Under the pieces are notes generated by a model. The model was given only the letters and a program-made list of their open reading frames with translations, was not told the DNA's origin and made no database searches. Shown here piece by piece: positions 48,790 to 61,253 of a stretch of DNA of 64,000 bases; positions within the stretch are counted from its first letter, which is position 1, and each line of letters starts with the position of its first letter. The position numbers were made by a program, and so were the translations under genes. The stretch lies in assembly GCF_001194135.2 (NCBI RefSeq), contig NC_069005.1:15631621-15695620 (forward strand), given 5' to 3'. Origin of the DNA: Octopus bimaculoides. Its lineage: Eukaryota.

Positions 48790-49719
48790 CTGAAATTAAA
48801 AAACAGTAGGATATGTAAGAAATTGAGATGGCAAAGGAATTAGTAATTATTTTATGAACTTCATTAGCTTACAGTTGTTTCTGCTATAAAATGCAATGCA
48901 CTCCTAGCTGAGTGACTAAGTATCACCTCATAGCTTCATCGGAGTCTCAAACATGAAGTGCACTTCATATATGTGTGTGTGTTTGATATTGTTTATATAT
49001 AAGTATTTATATATAAACGATATCAAACACACATACACAAGGGATGTGTTTTGCTATAATATATACACACTCACATGCACGCATGCACACACACTGATAT
49101 TCAAGAATATTATGCAACTATTATACAACTCTGGGGAAAAGAAGAAATTTGAACATTTGAATTTTTGTTGACCTAACAATGGTTAAAAAGAATAGCAGAG
49201 ACTATTATTTTCTCCGCTATTAGGTAAAAAATTTCTGTCACTATCCAGTATTAAAGACAAACAGTTGATTTAAAAGATATAATTATAAAAATAATGTTTT
49301 ATAGTTATAAGTATATATATGTTGCATATGTGTGTCTCATGCTGATGACATCAGTGTCCATGAAACGTTTCATTATCTCTAGACAATAAACCTTAACAGC
49401 ATGTCAGTTTTGGAGAATTCTTAAATCTTGAGATTATATCTATCTCCTTCCCAAGTGGAGCAGGTTATTATGGCCATTTAGTAATTATGATACATCCTCT
49501 AGGGGTGAAGATAATTTCAACAATTCAAGAATTTATGTTGTATAGTATTTGATATGCCTGTATTTGTCTATGTAGTTCAAATACCTGCCAATAACCATTT
49601 TGACATACCTCTCTTGGCTTGTTTTTGTTCAATAGGATAAAGTGGGACTGAAGATAATTAAGGATCAAGATATCTGGTGCCTTGTTGTACTCAGGAAGAC
49701 TTGTCCACCACAGCAGAAT

Positions 49720-49900
49720 TGACACTGGTGTCGGTGCCACATGAAAAGCACCCAGTACTCTCTGAGGATTGGTTAGCATAAGGAGGAACATCCAGCAGCT
49801 CTAGAAACCATGCCAGAATAGACGATGGAGCCTGGTGTGACCCCTAGCTTTACCAGCACCAGTCAAACTGTCCAACCCATGCCAGCATGGAAAACAGGCG
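49720..49900 (-). mobile_element. Family A element
   Basis: Reverse-complement match. Confidence 0.7.
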
Positions 49901-50005
49901 TTAATTAAAAAAAAATATTTCAGTTGATCCCCAATATCTTTTAATGGGTCAATGAAATGCTTGAATGGTCACACACTGTTGCTGCAGTCTTTCTTCCTTC
50001 CTCTC

Positions 50006-50040
<35 letters not shown>

Positions 50041-51169
50041 TCTAACAGTAAAGACAGTTCAACTTGATTTCTTCTTTATTTTTTTCAATTTTCTTTCTGT
50101 GTGAGCTCCTTACTTTCTCTCCCACTCCTCTCCACTTTGATGTTAAAAGCTGGAAAAAAAAATGCTGACCCGCCCTCCCACTTCCCCAACTACCTCACCT
50201 GACATTCATTAGCAGCTNNNNNNNNNNCTTCCTTCTCTTTCATAAGTTTCTTCATTCCAGTGTCTCAGAGGTAGACATCCCCCCCACACACAATTCCATA
50301 ATGATATTAAAAAATTGCTTTGATGAAGCTTTCTGTTCTTCTCTCTCTCCCTCCCTTCCAATCTCTTTTTCCTTCACTGTCGGGTTCTCTCCCTCCCTCC
50401 CTCCCTCTCCTGCCACTATACCTCACTTTGATGTCCACAAAATACATGCATTTTCATGCTTGCATTCACACAGTTGTCATTAAGATAACAGCAGGAGGTG
50501 GTGGAGGGCAAAGAAAAAAAAAGACACCGTCAATGTGCATAACTTTATTTAACCAGAAACATTGATGGAGCAATGTGAGAAAACTGAGACAGGAAAAAGA
50601 AGAGAAGAAAAAGAAAACAAAGGAAAAAAAACAAAACAAAAACAAATCCGAAAAACAAACAAACACACACATTAAAAAAATACCGAAGTAATACTCAAAA
50701 AAACTAATTCTCTACATAACTTATAATTCTTGCAGTGAAAAGATGTCTTGGAGTAAAATAACTCTAGATCTTAACTCTAAAATAATTATTTCTTACATGA
50801 AAGCTGAAGATATTTCTTTCTCAGAAACAAATGGGAAGCTACAATATTCATACCTAGTTTTTTTAATTTTTTTGTTTCTGTTCTCCTGGTATTAATAACA
50901 CCAATCAATCAACAGAGAAAACCTATGGAAACCATAGGTGCACAGCAAGAGATGTAATGTCTCTCCCTCTCTTTAGATCTTCTCCAGTCGTCAGACAACT
51001 TCAAGAGTGTTCCTCCCCCTTCAATCCATCACCCTGCTCAACCACCTTCCTTCATAGTCTTCTGTTAACTCTTTCACCAAGATTTTTGACCAGGTATGAT
51101 TATTTTTGCAAGATTAATGGTTAACTAAGTATGCGATGAATTTATAAAAAGACAAGTTTTATATAATAG

Positions 51170-51335
51170 GTGCCTGCATGGCTCTGTGGTTAGGAAGATT
51201 ATTCCCTAACCATATGATTTCAAGTTCAGGCCCACTTTGTGGCACCTTGAGCAAATGTTTCCTACTTTAGCTCCAACCTGAGCAAAGCCCTAGGAGTGGA
51301 TTTTGTAGACAGAAACTGAAAGAAGTCCACCAAAT
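51170..51335 (+). mobile_element. SINE family B 5' half
   Basis: ggctctgtggttagg..ggcaccttgagcaaatg..gagtggatttt. Confidence 0.7.
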
Positions 51336-51429
51336 ATGGGTGTGTATCTATCTGCAGCCAGGTGTCACAACTATAACTGTTTATCACTTTGACATGACTT
51401 GAGACGCTTTCTCCATACTGGTTGGCTTT

Positions 51430-51635
51430 TTACTTGGGCTTGCTGGCAGAATCGTTAGCATGCTGGGCAATATTTCGTCAGTTTTTACGTTCTGAGTTCA
51501 AATTCCGCCAAGGTCGACTTTGTCATTCATCCTTTTGGGGTTGATGAAATAAGTACCAGTTATGTACTGGGGTCGATGTAATCGACTATATCCCTCTTTT
51601 AAAATTTCAGGCCTTGTGCCTATAGCAGAAAGAAT
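51430..51635 (+). mobile_element. SINE family D copy
   Basis: Near full length, relatively well conserved. Confidence 0.8.
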
Positions 51636-51639
51636 TTAT

Positions 51640-51810
51640 CATGATCAGTTCTTTTCCACTTCTTGTTACTTTTTGCAATATCTTTGAATCTCAGTCTAAG
51701 TCTTCCATGGTTGCTTTTACCCCTTGAATAGTTAGGAGAGAAGGATTTGTGCGGAGAATCTGCTGTTGTCCATCCTCTGTAAGTGATCCAACCAATGCAA
51801 ATTTCTGTCA
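51640..51810 (-). mobile_element. RTE-type LINE 3' relic
   Basis: ..NYSRGKSNHGRLRLRFKDIAKSN resembles the G.R..GRP.LR.KD motif at RTE ORF ends. Confidence 0.5.
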
Positions 51811-52069
51811 ATGAGGATTTCCATCATAAGATGTAGTATCTATACACACACATGTATACACACACACACATGTACATGTACACACACATACACATGCATG
51901 TGTTCATGTCACATTGTTTTGATATCAGATTATGGTTATGAATGTGTCACAGTCATACAAACAATGTCCAGTTTCTTAGGAAAATATATCAAGCCACAGG
52001 GAAGGTTGCAAACAGGTGAAGGTTGGCAACAAGAAGAGCATCAAGTTGTAGAAAATCTGCCTCAACAGC

Positions 52070-52400
52070 CTCGTGGAGGCAAAGTGGCTGAGTTTCTTTC
52101 GAGTGTTGGGTCTCATGGAGGCGAGGTGGCTGAGTTCCTTTTGAGTGGGCCTCCCGAAGGTAAGGTGGCTGAGTTCTTTCAAACCTTGAGCCTCATGGTG
52201 GCAAAGTGGGTGAGCGCCTGGGCTGCACAGGGGCAAAGTGGCTGAGTTCTTTTTGAGGGTTGGGCCTCACAGGTGTGAGGTGGCTGGGTTCTTTTTGAAT
52301 GGGCCTACAGAGGCGAGGTGGGTGAGTTCTTTTTGAGGGTTGGGCCTCATGGAGGCAAAGTGGCTGAGTTCCTTTTGAGTTTTGGGCCTCAAGGAGGCAA
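52070..52400 (+). repeat. About 40-bp minisatellite, 8-9 degenerate units
   Basis: Unit consensus about atggaggcaaagtggctgagttctttttgagggttgggcctc. Confidence 0.85.
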
Positions 52401-52660
52401 TGACTGAGACCTTTGGCATTATGTTGTGCTTGAGAAGAAGACCCATCAGGCCAAATAAAATCACAGTCATGGCAGATACTGGTGTCCTGCATATGGCACC
52501 CATGCTGGTGGCTCATAAAAGCACCCATTACACTCTCGGAGTGGTTGGCATTAGGAAGGGCATCCAGCCATAGAAAACCATGCCATATCAGACTGGATCC
52601 TGGTGCAGTCTTCCTGGGTGCCAGCCCAGTCAAACCATCCAGCCAATTGGCTGGATGGAC
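52400..52660 (-). mobile_element. Family A element adjoining a 40-bp minisatellite
   Basis: Reverse-complement match. Confidence 0.7.
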
Positions 52661-54109
52661 AATGATGATGATGATGATGACATTACTCTGCAAGTTTACT
52701 CCAATCCTCTGACATTATTCCCCAAATCTGCTAGATTAAAAACTGAAAATTACTGTCTTAGACTGACCCATGTCCATGAAAAGCCCATATCAAATTTCAA
52801 CACACTGGCTAGAGAATATCTGACCTCTATACAATGCTAATATGGTAAAGGGGCTGACCCATGTTTGTGACTGTCCCTCTTCCATATTTGGCAATATAAT
52901 ACTCTCCTCCTCCTACTACTACTGAGTATCACCCCATTACTTCCTCCCACCCCCTTGTAACCTGCCTTCTCCTGCTCTCTATTCTACTTAAACATCCCAA
53001 TCTCCCCCACCCCACCGTCCCCACACAATAGCCATTCTTCAAGTGCTCTGCTTGTTATTTCCAGAAATGGCTCTGACAAAAGTAGCATTGATTTTCTTAG
53101 GTTTACCTCAATTTATCTCAACTGATCAATAGACCAATTGTATAAAACCTATCAACAATGTACTTATAATGACTACTGGAAACAGCTGTAAACCAAATTT
53201 GCTCCAATAAAGGAATTATATGTAATGACCATTACTTTTGACTTGTTTCTTATATATCACTCTGTAAAAACCAGCTTATCTGGAGCACACCCATGGGTTT
53301 ATGATACAGAATTGTGATGAACCATAACCTTGGACCTTACCAAAAGATTACTTGGAGTTCTTCACTAATCTAAGTAATATTATTAGTCTGGTGTTCCAAC
53401 AGAGAGCTTGTAAAGTATTTTGCCTGGATTGATAATGCCTCACTACACACACACACACACACAAATGCATATCTGTGTGTGTGTGTGTCTGTTACTGTCT
53501 CTTAGCCTTGACTTTAGGTGCTGGTTGTAAATGGCTATTACCACAATGCAAACAGTGTCCTTTGTTTTCAATCTTCCACGGAAAACATGTTTCGTCATGG
53601 GGAAATATTACCTTACTTTGGAAACAAGAAGGTCTTTGGTGACAAGAAGGGCAACTGGCTGTAAAATAATCTGCTTTATCAAATTCTATCAAACTCATGC
53701 AAGCATGGAAATGTAGAAGTTAAAACTATGACAACGATGATGAAGTTGATTCCACTGACTGGAAGTGTATCTTCAGCCTATAGGTTGATGCATTTTTCTT
53801 AAAGGCACACACACACGTGTATATGTATGCATGTACATGTGTGCACACACATATGCATGCAGTGTACATACAAAGAAGTTCTGGGTAAAAACAGCTCAAA
53901 ACATCAGTTTTGAATGAATAATTGAAAAACTTTACCACATTCATTGAGTATTTTTCCCCACTTCCTACACTCAATCACACACATGCGTGCATGCATGTGT
54001 GTGCATAAGAATTTGGGGCTCCAATAAATTGTTGATTGAAGATTCACATCTCCACTTATCAACAATGATAACTAATAATGTTTAAAATTCTTATTCACCA
54101 ATAAATGGA

Positions 54110-54342
54110 AATTGCAATGCGTATGTATGTATGCATGTATATACACACATACATACAAATACACATACACACACACACATATATATACACACACAAATAT
54201 ATATGTACATGCACACAGAGAAATATATATATACACACACACACATACACATGCCATACACATGTACGTAATCAGACATATACAAACACCACACACACAT
54301 GTACATACATATACACATATATACACAAATATGCACATACGC

Positions 54343-54393
<51 letters not shown>

Positions 54394-54570
54394 AAATATA
54401 TAAATACTTAAACATACAGAAATATATATATATATGGATACACATACATAAATATATACAATATGTATGTATACATACATACACACATATATATATGTAT
54501 ATATACACACACATACATACATACACATATATGTATACAAACATAAATATATATTTTCACACAAGCACAC
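54110..54570 (+). repeat. Compound CA/TA low-complexity tract
   Basis: Direct inspection; source of several spurious ORFs. Confidence 0.9.
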
Positions 54571-54954
54571 ACATCTCTGAAGACATAAAGAGAAGGTAAA
54601 AGAATCTATAATGCCAATGCCAAACCATGGAAACACATCACATTATAGAAGTATGCATGCCAGCTATTCTTATATTGAACACTGGAGCTAGAATAGGTAA
54701 TTAATAATCAATCAACACTTCAGAGAACATGAAGGGGGGGGGGACATAAAAAGCTAAACAAGATCTATTACAGAAAGAAACTGAAATTTTGATGGGTGAG
54801 AGAAATGGTCTTGAAAATAAAATGATTTTTCAAGGAAAATAAAAATTTCTTTTGGTTTATATAAATTTATGCATAATTTATGATTTTTTAAGGCTAGCTT
54901 TATGAATTTATTTATCAGTTTTTATAAACAATATCTATTATCTTCTATCATTTA

Positions 54955-55320
54955 TATCTTTTACTTGTTTCAGTCATTAGACTATGGCCATGCTGGGGCA
55001 CCACCTAGAAGAAATTTAGTTGAATGAATCAATTGCAGTAATTATTTTTGTAAGCCCAGTACTTATTCTTTTGCTGAACCAATAAGTTATGGGGACATAA
55101 ACACACCAACACTGGTTGTCAAGCAGTGGTGGGGGACAAACACTGACACAAAGATCACACACACACACACACACACATGATGGACTTCTTTCAGTTTCTG
55201 TCTACCAAATCCACTCACAAGGCTTTGGTTGGCCCAAGGCTATAGTAGAAGACACTTGACCAAGGTGCCATGCAGTGGGACTGAACCCAGAACCATGTGG
55301 TTGAGAAGTAAACTTCTTCT
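54955..55320 (-). mobile_element. SINE family B copy
   Basis: Reverse-complement match, near full length. Confidence 0.8.
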
Positions 55321-55929
55321 TTATATCTTTTACTTGTTTCAGTCACTGGGACTGCAGGCACATCACATTGCTTGGTCCAGGAATGGAAACCACAAACTCA
55401 TGATCAAGAGTCCAACACCTTAACCATAAAGTCATGCACCTCCACAATGCCTAATAATTAATATTCATAATTTTTTCTTAATAACTGAAGAACTATAATT
55501 AATTATAATTTAAAGTTTATTTTTATTACTTAATGACAATTATAATAAATAATTCTTTAGAAGTTTGGGAATTTATGAATTTATGTAAAATAAATAACTT
55601 TATATCACAAAATAATTTCAGGATATGATTATGCCAAACTACACTGAAAGCCTCCATGTGGTTATTCAAAATGCAAGAAATAGCAGGCAAATCTCTCCTC
55701 ACATCATACCCTACTGCCTTGAACAAAAGACTCATTGGATAATGTGATCTTAGATACAGCAATGTGTGATGTGCACCACAAGAGCCTTGGCAACCATGTT
55801 CTTCTATTGTGAAACAATGGAAGTGGGTATCTTGGAGAAAAGACACTGTATGTGGTAACTTGGTGGGGGGGGGGGTCATTGAGGTGTTGCAGCCATGCAG
55901 AACAAGAAAGCCTGGCAGAGCCCATCCCT

Positions 55930-56225
55930 CACTAGGCTAAATGCATTTCTACAGCTGAGTAGACTGGAGCAACATGAAATGAAGTGTTTTTGCTTAAGAA
56001 CACAAAGGATCACCTGGTCCAGAGATTGAAACCACAATCTTATAGTCATGAATCCAACACTCTAACCACTAAGCGATGTATCTCCACTAGTGGTACTCAT
56101 TTCTACAGCTGAGTGGACTGGAACAATTGCTCAAGAACACAATGTATCGCTTGGTCCAGGGATCAAAACCACAATCTTACAATCGTGAGTCCAACACCCT
56201 GACCACTAAGTCACACGCTTCCACT
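55930..56225 (-). mobile_element. Two SINE family C heads
   Basis: ctacagctgagt.gactggagcaa and ccaacacc..accactaag occur twice. Confidence 0.7.
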
Positions 56226-56929
56226 TACAACCTGATTTAATTCTAGTATTTGACAAGTACTATATCTAAATGACCTCAGAAAGATGAAAGGCAAAATGAA
56301 TGTGGTGGGATTTGAACTCAAAATGCCATGAGCCAGAACAAATAATACAAACCATTTGCCTATCATTCTGATGATTCTACCAACTGACTGGTGTGGCCTG
56401 GTAGTTAGGATGTTACACACATGGTCTTATGATGATGGTTTCAATTCCTGGACTGGGGAATGCATTGTAGGAAGGGCAACAAACCATAGAACCCATCCCA
56501 AAACAGACAATTGAAGCCTGGTGCAGCTCTCCAGCTCCTGTCAAAAAATCCAACCCATGCCAGCATGGAAAAATGGACATTAAATGATGATGATTATGAT
56601 GACAGCTACACCTGATTTTCTTTTAAAATTCTTCACCAAATCTTTTTACATCACACCAAACTCTATGGGGAAAATATTTCTGTTAGGATTTAAGAATTTT
56701 AGCAACTCTTCGACAATAGAAAAACAATATTTTCTTTCTCTCTCCTTCCAATTCATTTTATTTTTATAGTTTATTATTCAATTTATTTTTTCTCCTGCAC
56801 ACCTTTATGCTTCACCAGTCTAATTCAAGTAAGTGACTTGGCATCAACTGATGAAGTGTTATGTTGTCTTGATACAACTACACAGGCCTTGGCATTGGAG
56901 TGGTGGTGTGGTGCTGGCAAAGAAATGTG

Positions 56930-56961
<32 letters not shown>

Positions 56962-57287
56962 TGGGGGGGATGAAGGGAGTGAAACAAAGATAGGGAAGAA
57001 GCGATTTTGCTTTATGCTGGCACCGATTCTGTTTCCTTTGATATCCACTGCCTGCAATGCTTTAAAACACTGTTATACGGTTGCGAAGGTGAGATGATGA
57101 GATTAGGAATTCTGTTGAACAACTGTTGCTGCCATGACCCTCTGGTTGATAGGAAGTGTGGTGAGGTGGTGGTGATGTATGGTGGCATGGAGTTGGTGGT
57201 CACAATAATACTTAGCTCAGAACATTTTTATATATATATAAACACATACATACATTAATAAACATATATGTACATTGTACATCTTTA

Positions 57288-57342
<55 letters not shown>

Positions 57343-57364
57343 ATACATATATACGTGTGTGTGC

Positions 57365-57401
<37 letters not shown>

Positions 57402-57590
57402 CATATACATGCATATATAAACACACATTCACAGGTGTGGTGACATTGAGGTGTTGGTTACAATGATACTAAGCACAAGACATTTTTTTCTATTACATAT
57501 CTATGAACACAAACATACATACACATCTTTACCCTGAGCAATGGTCTCTTAGACGATTTATGCACATATATACACACACATATATATATA

Positions 57591-57625
<35 letters not shown>

Positions 57626-57819
57626 CAAATGCATATGTATATTTATGTATCTACCAATGACCTGTTTATGTATCACACTGTTTATCTATAGTTAGAAATA
57701 CAGTAATTGATTGACGGTTTGGAATTATGTAGGAATGTGGCGGGGAGGTCAATGAAGCAGAATAGTAACAGACAAAATAATATTTATCATATACACCATG
57801 TGATGATATACATAGTGTG

Positions 57820-58155
57820 TGAAGGCACAAAACTCAATGATTAGAGTGTTAGGCTCACAATCATCAGGTAGTTAGTTCAATTCCTAGACCAGGCTGTGTT
57901 GTGTTCTTGAGCAAGACACTTTATTTCATGTTCACTCAGCTGTAGAATTGAATTGCAGCATCATTGGTGCCAAGCTGGATCGGTCTTTGCCTTTCCCTTG
58001 GGTAGCATCAGTGGCATGGAGAGGGGAGGCTGGCTTGCATGGGTGACTGCTGGTCTTCCATAAACAACCATGCCCAGGGTTGTACCTCAGAGGGGAACTC
58101 TGTAGGTGCAAACTCATGGTCATTTATGACTAGATGGGGTCTTTACCCTTTATCC
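57820..58155 (+). mobile_element. SINE family C long copy
   Basis: Colinear with 62350-62690 over about 330 bp. Confidence 0.75.
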
Positions 58156-58177
58156 TGATATGAAAGAAGCTTTAGAC

Positions 58178-58418
58178 CAGTGATTCTCAACCATTTTTGG
58201 CCCCTATGGACCCCTTTGATTCCCAATTTACTCTACTGGACCCTCCACAGCCATTTGGTGTATATTTAGGAAAAATCTTACTGCATTTCTATAATCGAAT
58301 ATTATTAGGAATTGTATACATAAATTGAAATAATTTGGTTCTTGTAGAATTATGTGCAATTTATTGCACATAAATTTTAACAGCAAAATCTTGTAAGAGC
58401 CCCTGTTAAGAACCACTG
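58178..58418. mobile_element. hAT-type MITE with 8-bp TSD
   Basis: TIRs CAGTGATTCTCAAC / GTTAAGAACCACTG. Flanks CTTTAGAC (58170-58177) and CTTTAGAT (58419-58426). Confidence 0.85.
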
Positions 58419-58429
58419 CTTTAGATAGA

Positions 58430-58680
58430 GGAGGAGACAAGGAAGGATGGGGATATGTATGGAGGAAGAGGGTAAGAAAGAAAGAGAGGGAAGGGAATGA
58501 AAGAGAGGTGAAGGGGTTGAATAAAAAGGGAGAAGGGAAGATAGAAGAGAAGAAAGGAAGACAATGGAAATGAAGAGAGAGGGAGAAAAATGGGAGAAGG
58601 AAAAAACAGAGAGAGAGAGAGAGGGAGAGAGAGAGAGGGAGGGAGAGAGAGAGGGAGGGAGGGAGGGAGAATAGAAGTGA
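58430..58680 (+). repeat. Polypurine (GA-rich) tract
   Basis: About 250 nt almost entirely A/G. Confidence 0.85.
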
Positions 58681-59159
58681 GAGATATCAAGGTATTGTCC
58701 AGCATTTTGATGATATAAGAGGAATATCTGTTTGAAGTCAGTTTAGACAATAAAACAGCTGATTGCTTCAAAGAATAACAATGGACCCTCCTCCACCCCC
58801 AACACCGGTGCAAACCCAAATGAGGCAACCATTATAGAACCTACTGAACCAGCTCGTTTTTTTTTTATATTTATTTTATGTTCATGACAGTTGTTCATCA
58901 TCAGAGAAGCAATGCAACCTTGGTAGCAGTACAAGGCTGGTCAAGGTATGCTGTGGCTGCTATAGATATTGTGCTGACACAGTCCAACATGTATTATTGT
59001 CAGAGAGGAGGTCAACAACTGAACCACTCCTTCCTCTATTCACTCACTGAGTCAAGTACATTGGAATCAAGCAGGATGTAAAATAAGACCTGTAAAATCA
59101 AATTCTCAATGCACAAAATCTATTAATTGAAGGGTAATAAAGACCCTCACAAAAAAGTT

Positions 59160-59935
59160 CATCAATCCTGAAGGATGAAAAGCAAATATCATTCTTGGCA
59201 GAATTTGAACTCAGAATGTAAAAAACTAGAAGAAATGCCACTATGCACTTTGTCTGATGTGTTAACTGTTCTCCTAGCTTGACACTGTAATAATAATGGT
59301 TTCAAATTTCGGCACAAGGCCAGCAATTTTGGAGGGGAGGATAAATCTCTTACATTGACCCCGGTGTTACTTTTTTGACCTGAAAAGGGTGAAAGGTAAA
59401 GTTTATCTCAGCATGATTTGAACTCAGAACATAAAGACAGAAGATATACCGCTAAGCATTTTACCTGGCATGCCAACAATTCTGCCTGGCGTGACAGCTC
59501 ATTGCCTTAATAATAACAATCTTTTCTACTAAAGGCACAAGGCCTGAAATTTTGGGGGATGGGACTAATTGATTACATTGACTCCAGTATTTCACTGGTA
59601 CTTAATTTATCAACCTTAAAGGATGAAAGGCAAAGTCAACCTCAGCGGAATTTGAACTCAGAACATCAAGGCAGATGAAATACTGTTAAGCATTTTGCCT
59701 GGAATGTTAACAATTCTTCCAGTTCATTGCCTTAGTAAAAATAATCTTTTCTGCTGGAAGCACAAGGCTTCACATTTGGGGGAAGGGATTGAGTCAATCA
59801 CATCGACCCCAGTGCATAACTGATACTTGTTTAATCGACCCCGAAAGGATGACAGGCATTGGCAGAATTTGAACTCAGAACGTAACGGCAGATGAAATAC
59901 TACTAAGCATTTCGCCTGGTGTGCTAACGAATAAT
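59160..59935 (-). mobile_element. Head-to-tail train of four SINE family D copies
   Basis: gaatttgaactcagaa recurs at about 59200, 59415, 59648 and 59866; units are joined by taataa spacers. Confidence 0.8.
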
Positions 59936-60234
59936 GAAGACTGCATCGAGAGGGATTCCAATCCAAAGGAGTAAAATATGAACTAGACCAGGCAAACTTA
60001 ATCAGGGTTAACAAGATCTATCAAACAAGATTAAATACAGCCCCATTAAATAAAAACCATACAGACAAATCCTTCATCACCTCATCTTCCACTCTCTCCC
60101 TCGATGAAAAATTTGCACAAAGCTTAAATGCAATTCAATTATATGACCCCAAATCTCCTCACTATCTTGTATCGTAATGGCCAGTTAATGGCATCTGGAA
60201 GAAAAAAATTAATCAAGAAAAAAAGAACTTTTAC

Positions 60235-60285
60235 CTTTAGTGTTTCAATTGTGTCGTTATGTTGATGTTCTATCACATTTTTGGT
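60235..60285 (-). CDS. Internal coding exon (phase 0-0) of an unidentified coiled-coil protein: TKNVIEHQHNDTIETLK
   Basis: Minus-strand acceptor tttggtttcctttacag and donor AAG|gtaaaa. The 51 nt are open in phase 0 and join in frame to the 48789 exon, continuing the heptad pattern (IETLKSQLGQLEHKY). Confidence 0.72.
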
Positions 60286-60928
60286 CTGTAAAGGAAACCA
60301 AATAAAAGATATAAATATTTAAGTGGAATACCAATTAATCAATCAAAAATAGTGAAAAACGGCCTTTTTTTCATCTTTATTCTTTTTCAATAAAAGTAAT
60401 CCCTCGCTGTGAGAGTGTTTGTGATAGCTTTAAAGCAAACNNNNNNNNNNNNNNNNNNNNNNNNNNNNNNNNNNNNNNNNNNNNNNNNNNNNNNNNNNNN
60501 NNNNNNNNNNNNNNNNNNNNNNNNNNNNNNNNNNNNNNNNNNNNNNNNNNNNNNNNNNNNNNNNNNNNNNNNNNNNNNNNNNNNNNNNNNNNNNNNNNNN
60601 NNNNNNNNNNNNNNNNNNNNNNNNNNNNNNNNNNNNNNNNNNNNNNNNNNNNNNNNNNNNNNNNNNNNNNNNNNNNNNNNNNNNNNNNNNNNNNNNNNNN
60701 NNNNNNNNNNNNNNNNNNNNNNNNNNNNNNNNNNNNNNNNNNNNNNNNNNNNNNNNNNNNNNNNNNNNNNNNNNNNNNNNNNNNNNNNNNNNNNNNNNNN
60801 NNNNNNNNNNNNNNNNNNNNNNNNNNNNNNNNNNNNNNNNNNNNNNNNNNNNNNNNNNNNNNNNNNNNNNNNNNNNNNNNNNNNNNNNNNNNNNNNNNNN
60901 NNNNNNNNNNNNNNNNNNNNNNNNNNNN

Positions 60929-61146
60929 CACAAGGATGCTGAAAAGTTCCAGGCTTTAAGGGTATTGCGAAGGGCCTGGTTGGAGGCCCAACATTCTGAG
61001 TTCTTTTACATTGCTTAGAAAAACTGAAGGACTGCTGCAATAAGTGTGTGAATCTGAGAGGGAAATATGTCTAATAAAATCCTAATTAACTGATCCTCCT
61101 ATATATTTTTTTTACCCAAACCCAGGAACTTTTCAGCATCCCCTTA
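60929..61146. mobile_element. Mariner-type MITE, same family as 8495-8713
   Basis: ggatgctgaaaagttccaggcttt ... ccaggaacttttcagcatcccc; the interior is the reverse complement of the 8.5-kb copy. Confidence 0.75.
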
Positions 61147-61155
61147 TGTGTATGA

Positions 61156-61187
<32 letters not shown>

Positions 61188-61208
61188 ATGTATGTATGTA
61201 TGTATGTA

Positions 61209-61253
<45 letters not shown>

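Larger units (their letters stand above)
7064..60928. other. Assembly gaps: 7064-7271, 11163-11172, 11449-12065, 22554-22623, 24034-24634, 25635-25930, 30616-31005, 32307-33170, 42383-42497, 44275-45001, 50218-50227, 60441-60928
   Basis: N runs; all long X-containing ORFs in the track are artefacts of these gaps. Confidence 0.98.

Noticed and set aside
49335-49375. CTGATGA...GAAACGT hammerhead-like motif
   Set aside because: Both boxes are present but stems I and II do not pair; at most a very decayed relic.
49609-49647. 39-nt minus-strand exon candidate (SHFILLNKNKPRE)
   Set aside because: Same reasoning; the frame is ambiguous and it lies next to a repeat.
52070-52400. CRISPR-like array
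   Set aside because: Units are contiguous and degenerate with no unique spacers; eukaryotic context; no cas genes.
59048-59089. 42-nt symmetric minus-strand exon candidate (VLFYILLDSNVLDS)
   Set aside because: Good splice sites, but the peptide breaks the coiled-coil register that the direct 60235/48789 join preserves; unsupported without RNA data.
11107-60942. All long X-containing ORFs in the track
   Set aside because: Artefacts of N runs and dinucleotide repeats, except the 97-codon PLE segment at 32016-32306.
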